Source: Candidatus Fermentibacterota bacterium (GTDB lineage Bacteria > Fermentibacterota > Fermentibacteria > Fermentibacterales > JCC-6). From it: 64,000 nt of DNA. Position numbers and translations under genes: made by a program. The stretch covers positions 288,001 through 352,000 of the forward strand of contig CAWJQI010000001.1 of assembly GCA_963845085.1 (NCBI GenBank), read 5' to 3'. Positions 61,701 through 64,000 of this stretch are shown in pieces (positions within the stretch are counted from its first letter, which is position 1; each line of letters begins with the position of its first letter). The notes beneath the pieces were generated by a model, which saw only the letters and a program-made list of their open reading frames with translations, had not been told where the DNA came from and did no database searches.

Positions 61701-63872
61701 CTATGGGATCACCGTCATTCTGGCGGTACGGATTCCTGGTGGACCCGAGAGCCTGATGAAATACATCCCCGCCCTCAGCTCACCAGTCTCCAGAAGCAGG
61801 TTTGCGGTTCCCGGGGAAAGGCGGGGCGTAAGGTCCTGCACAAGCCTGCCCGCCAGGTCGAGGACCAGAAGCGAGACGCCCTCAACATCGCCCAAGGAAA
61901 CGGGAATACTGGCCGCGGCCCCTGCGGGGCTCGGTGTCACGATCCCGAGCATGAAGGGATCCGTGCCGACCGATGCGGCGGAATCATCTAAACCGACTCC
62001 TTCAACGTCTGCAAAAACGGCTTCGCCGGGCCACCCCGGGCCGAATGAATCATCCACCGCCCAGGCCCTGAACCAGTAGTCACCGGTTGGAAGTCCGCTG
62101 ACGGTATACTCGGAAGACTCGACCCCATCGGCCTGGATCTCGTTGGTCTCCCACACCTCGACCTTTATGTCATCGATGTAAAGCGCGCAGTTCGATGCGC
62201 TGCCGTAGCTTTCCCAGCGGAAGGAGAGGGTCTTGCCCTGCCATTCGTCGAGTTCGTGCCTGTTGAAGCGCCAGTTCATGTCGCTGCGGCCGAAGGTCTG
62301 CAGGTAGTACCAGTTCAGGCCGCCGTCCCAGCTCACGCTGAACGCGCCCTGGTAGTTTTCGGGGCTGATGTTCTGCATGCTCCAGAAACTGATGCGTCCA
62401 CCCCCGCCGGGGGGTATCGTGACGGTCTGCTGCCAGGTCAGGCTTCCGGTGCCGTTCGAACGGTGGCACTGGCTCGGGCTGTGGTACTGGGAACCTGTTA
62501 CGATCCAGTTGACTCTGTCGAATGGCCCACCGTCGCCGGGGTCATCAAGCGGCGTCTGCAAGCCCGAGAGCCGCTGAAGGGCGTACGATGATGCTCCCGC
62601 TGCGTCGCTCCAGTCAACGGTGAAACTTCCCGACACAGTGCCGATCTCATCGATGACGGGAACGCCGGGTTCGGCGGGGTCATACGGGCGGCCGGCGAGA
62701 CAGGCCGTCACAAGGTAGCTTCTGAGGTTCCTCCGGGACAGCTTTACCACCTCCGTTGCGGACGGCCAGAAGCCGGCAAAGGAGGCTCCGGTCTCGTGAT
62801 TCCAGCTCATCGCACCGTACAGGCCGTAGGAGTGGTCCCTTGTGTTGCCCGATGCGTAGTAGAACTGCACGGACGGGTAATGGTCCTCACCCGTACCCCA
62901 GAGTGACATCATCTCGCCCTGTGTCGTGTACTGGGCGGCATGTGTCGTGGGCTCGTCGATCCAGCCCCATGGGTAAATGAGGGCGTTGGCATAGGCGTGG
63001 GTCGAGTGCATCTGGGCGGGGGGATGAAGCTGCCAGAAGGCGTCAATGTTGGCCGCCTCGGGCTCGCTGAGGGGACCGGTGCCCCTGTAGGTCTCGCTCG
63101 ACGGGTCTCCGCTCGAGCCGGCGCCACCCCAGCCCACCGACCAGTTCCTGTTCAGGTCGATCCCCGATCCCCCTGCGGACAGGTTCCTGTTTTTCCTGTG
63201 CATGCCTCCGCCGCCGGGATACATGGTCTGGTTGTAAACCCACCCATCGATGTTGTTCACCGGCAGAAGCCATATCTCCCTGTTGGCGAGGATCCAGTCG
63301 GCCTGGTATCCGCAGTAGCCGTTTCGACCGTGGTTCGAGCACAGCCACATCATCCAGTACCGTATGTTGCGAAGGCTTGCACCCTCGCGGGAGTGGATCA
63401 GGCCGTCGTACCAGGCGTTGGGCATGGCCGGATCGTCGGCGCTGAACGAGCTGTTCTCCGATATCTTCATGACAAGCTGCGGGCGGCCCTCATAGGTGTT
63501 GCCGATGGAGGTCGGTGCGCTGGTGATGTCGGGGTTGGCCGTGTGGAGCGAATCCATCCAGGCCTGGACCTCGGTCCAGGTCAGAAAACCTCCCATACTC
63601 ACAGGCTCCCTGTAACTCGATGAGTAAAGCCCCTCGAGGTCGGGAACCAGGCAGACCGCCAGCAGCCCGCTCTCCAACAGCAGCTCCCTCTCTGCCCCGG
63701 CGGCGACGAAATCGCATGACCCGTCCGGGTACACGACCAGCGCATCAAACCCGAGGTTTCCAAAACGCGCGATGTCTTCGCCGGACAGCGGAGTGAAATG
63801 CATGAGCGACCAGGTGTCGGAGTGCGCGGGGCAGGCAAGTGCAACGACCAAGGTGATCAGAGTTATGCGCAC
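61701..63872 (-). CDS. M14 zinc carboxypeptidase with accessory beta domains and T9SS-type CTD
   Basis: IHSRE, RKNR, DLNRNW, SEPE, THAY, HETG; CTD VLDLAGRLV...GMYFIRL; AGGAGG RBS. Confidence 0.92.
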   Translation of the reverse strand: MRITLITLVVALACPAHSDTWSLMHFTPLSGEDIARFGNLGFDALVVYPDGSCDFVAAGAERELLLESGLLAVCLVPDLEGLYSSSYREPVSMGGFLTWTEVQAWMDSLHTANPDITSAPTSIGNTYEGRPQLVMKISENSSFSADDPAMPNAWYDGLIHSREGASLRNIRYWMMWLCSNHGRNGYCGYQADWILANREIWLLPVNNIDGWVYNQTMYPGGGGMHRKNRNLSAGGSGIDLNRNWSVGWGGAGSSGDPSSETYRGTGPLSEPEAANIDAFWQLHPPAQMHSTHAYANALIYPWGWIDEPTTHAAQYTTQGEMMSLWGTGEDHYPSVQFYYASGNTRDHSYGLYGAMSWNHETGASFAGFWPSATEVVKLSRRNLRSYLVTACLAGRPYDPAEPGVPVIDEIGTVSGSFTVDWSDAAGASSYALQRLSGLQTPLDDPGDGGPFDRVNWIVTGSQYHSPSQCHRSNGTGSLTWQQTVTIPPGGGGRISFWSMQNISPENYQGAFSVSWDGGLNWYYLQTFGRSDMNWRFNRHELDEWQGKTLSFRWESYGSASNCALYIDDIKVEVWETNEIQADGVESSEYTVSGLPTGDYWFRAWAVDDSFGPGWPGEAVFADVEGVGLDDSAASVGTDPFMLGIVTPSPAGAAASIPVSLGDVEGVSLLVLDLAGRLVQDLTPRLSPGTANLLLETGELRAGMYFIRLSGPPGIRTARMTVIP

Positions 63873-63989
63873 CCGGGGCCTCCTGTTTCAATGGAAGTTT
63901 CCGGGGCAAATATAGAAACGTGGGGCATGGGTGTCAGGAATTTTGTATCTTTAAAAAAGTTGAGAACAGACAGAATTCCGGAGGTCTCC

Positions 63990-64000
63990 ATGCAAAGCTT
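63990..64000 (+). CDS. Probable start of a gene running off the right edge
   Basis: GGAGG-6 nt-ATG after an AT-rich divergent promoter region; only 3 codons visible. Confidence 0.35.

Overview
A gene-dense, GC-rich bacterial chromosomal segment with about 55 CDS and one tRNA-Thr(CGT). I saw no integrase, transposase, CRISPR array or prophage. The protein repertoire (gingipain-like C25, FG-GAP and M14 proteins with T9SS-type/FlgD-like C-terminal domains, a short TWxxIKxxF tail, a short RpoD-like sigma factor) suggests an anaerobic, peptide-degrading FCB-group candidate-phylum organism such as Ca. Fermentibacterota. That assignment is inference only. Housekeeping blocks are rpsD, rsmD-coaD, glgC, glmM-glmS, pyrBI, yebC-ruvCAB-queH, pepD, pepT and gmhA. 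The main observations are: (1) a roughly 180-nt leader with two mutually exclusive folds, one of which hides the RBS of a SAM-methyltransferase / 2-hydroxyacyl-CoA-dehydratase-family operon (candidate orphan riboswitch); (2) two kinds of C-terminal tail on five exported proteins; (3) a remodelled type IV pilus operon with a PilM-PilN fusion, an inserted lipoprotein and an oversized PilP; (4) genes that appear to need ATA or CTG starts overlapping the upstream stop; (5) degenerate enzyme paralogues (a LeuC/aconitase lacking Fe-S cysteines, YchF, an NDP-sugar transferase); (6) three tandem zinc-ribbon proteins; (7) an ArsR/SmtB metal-efflux operon with its operator and a frameshifted methyltransferase. 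All family calls come from motifs recognised by eye. No database searches were run.
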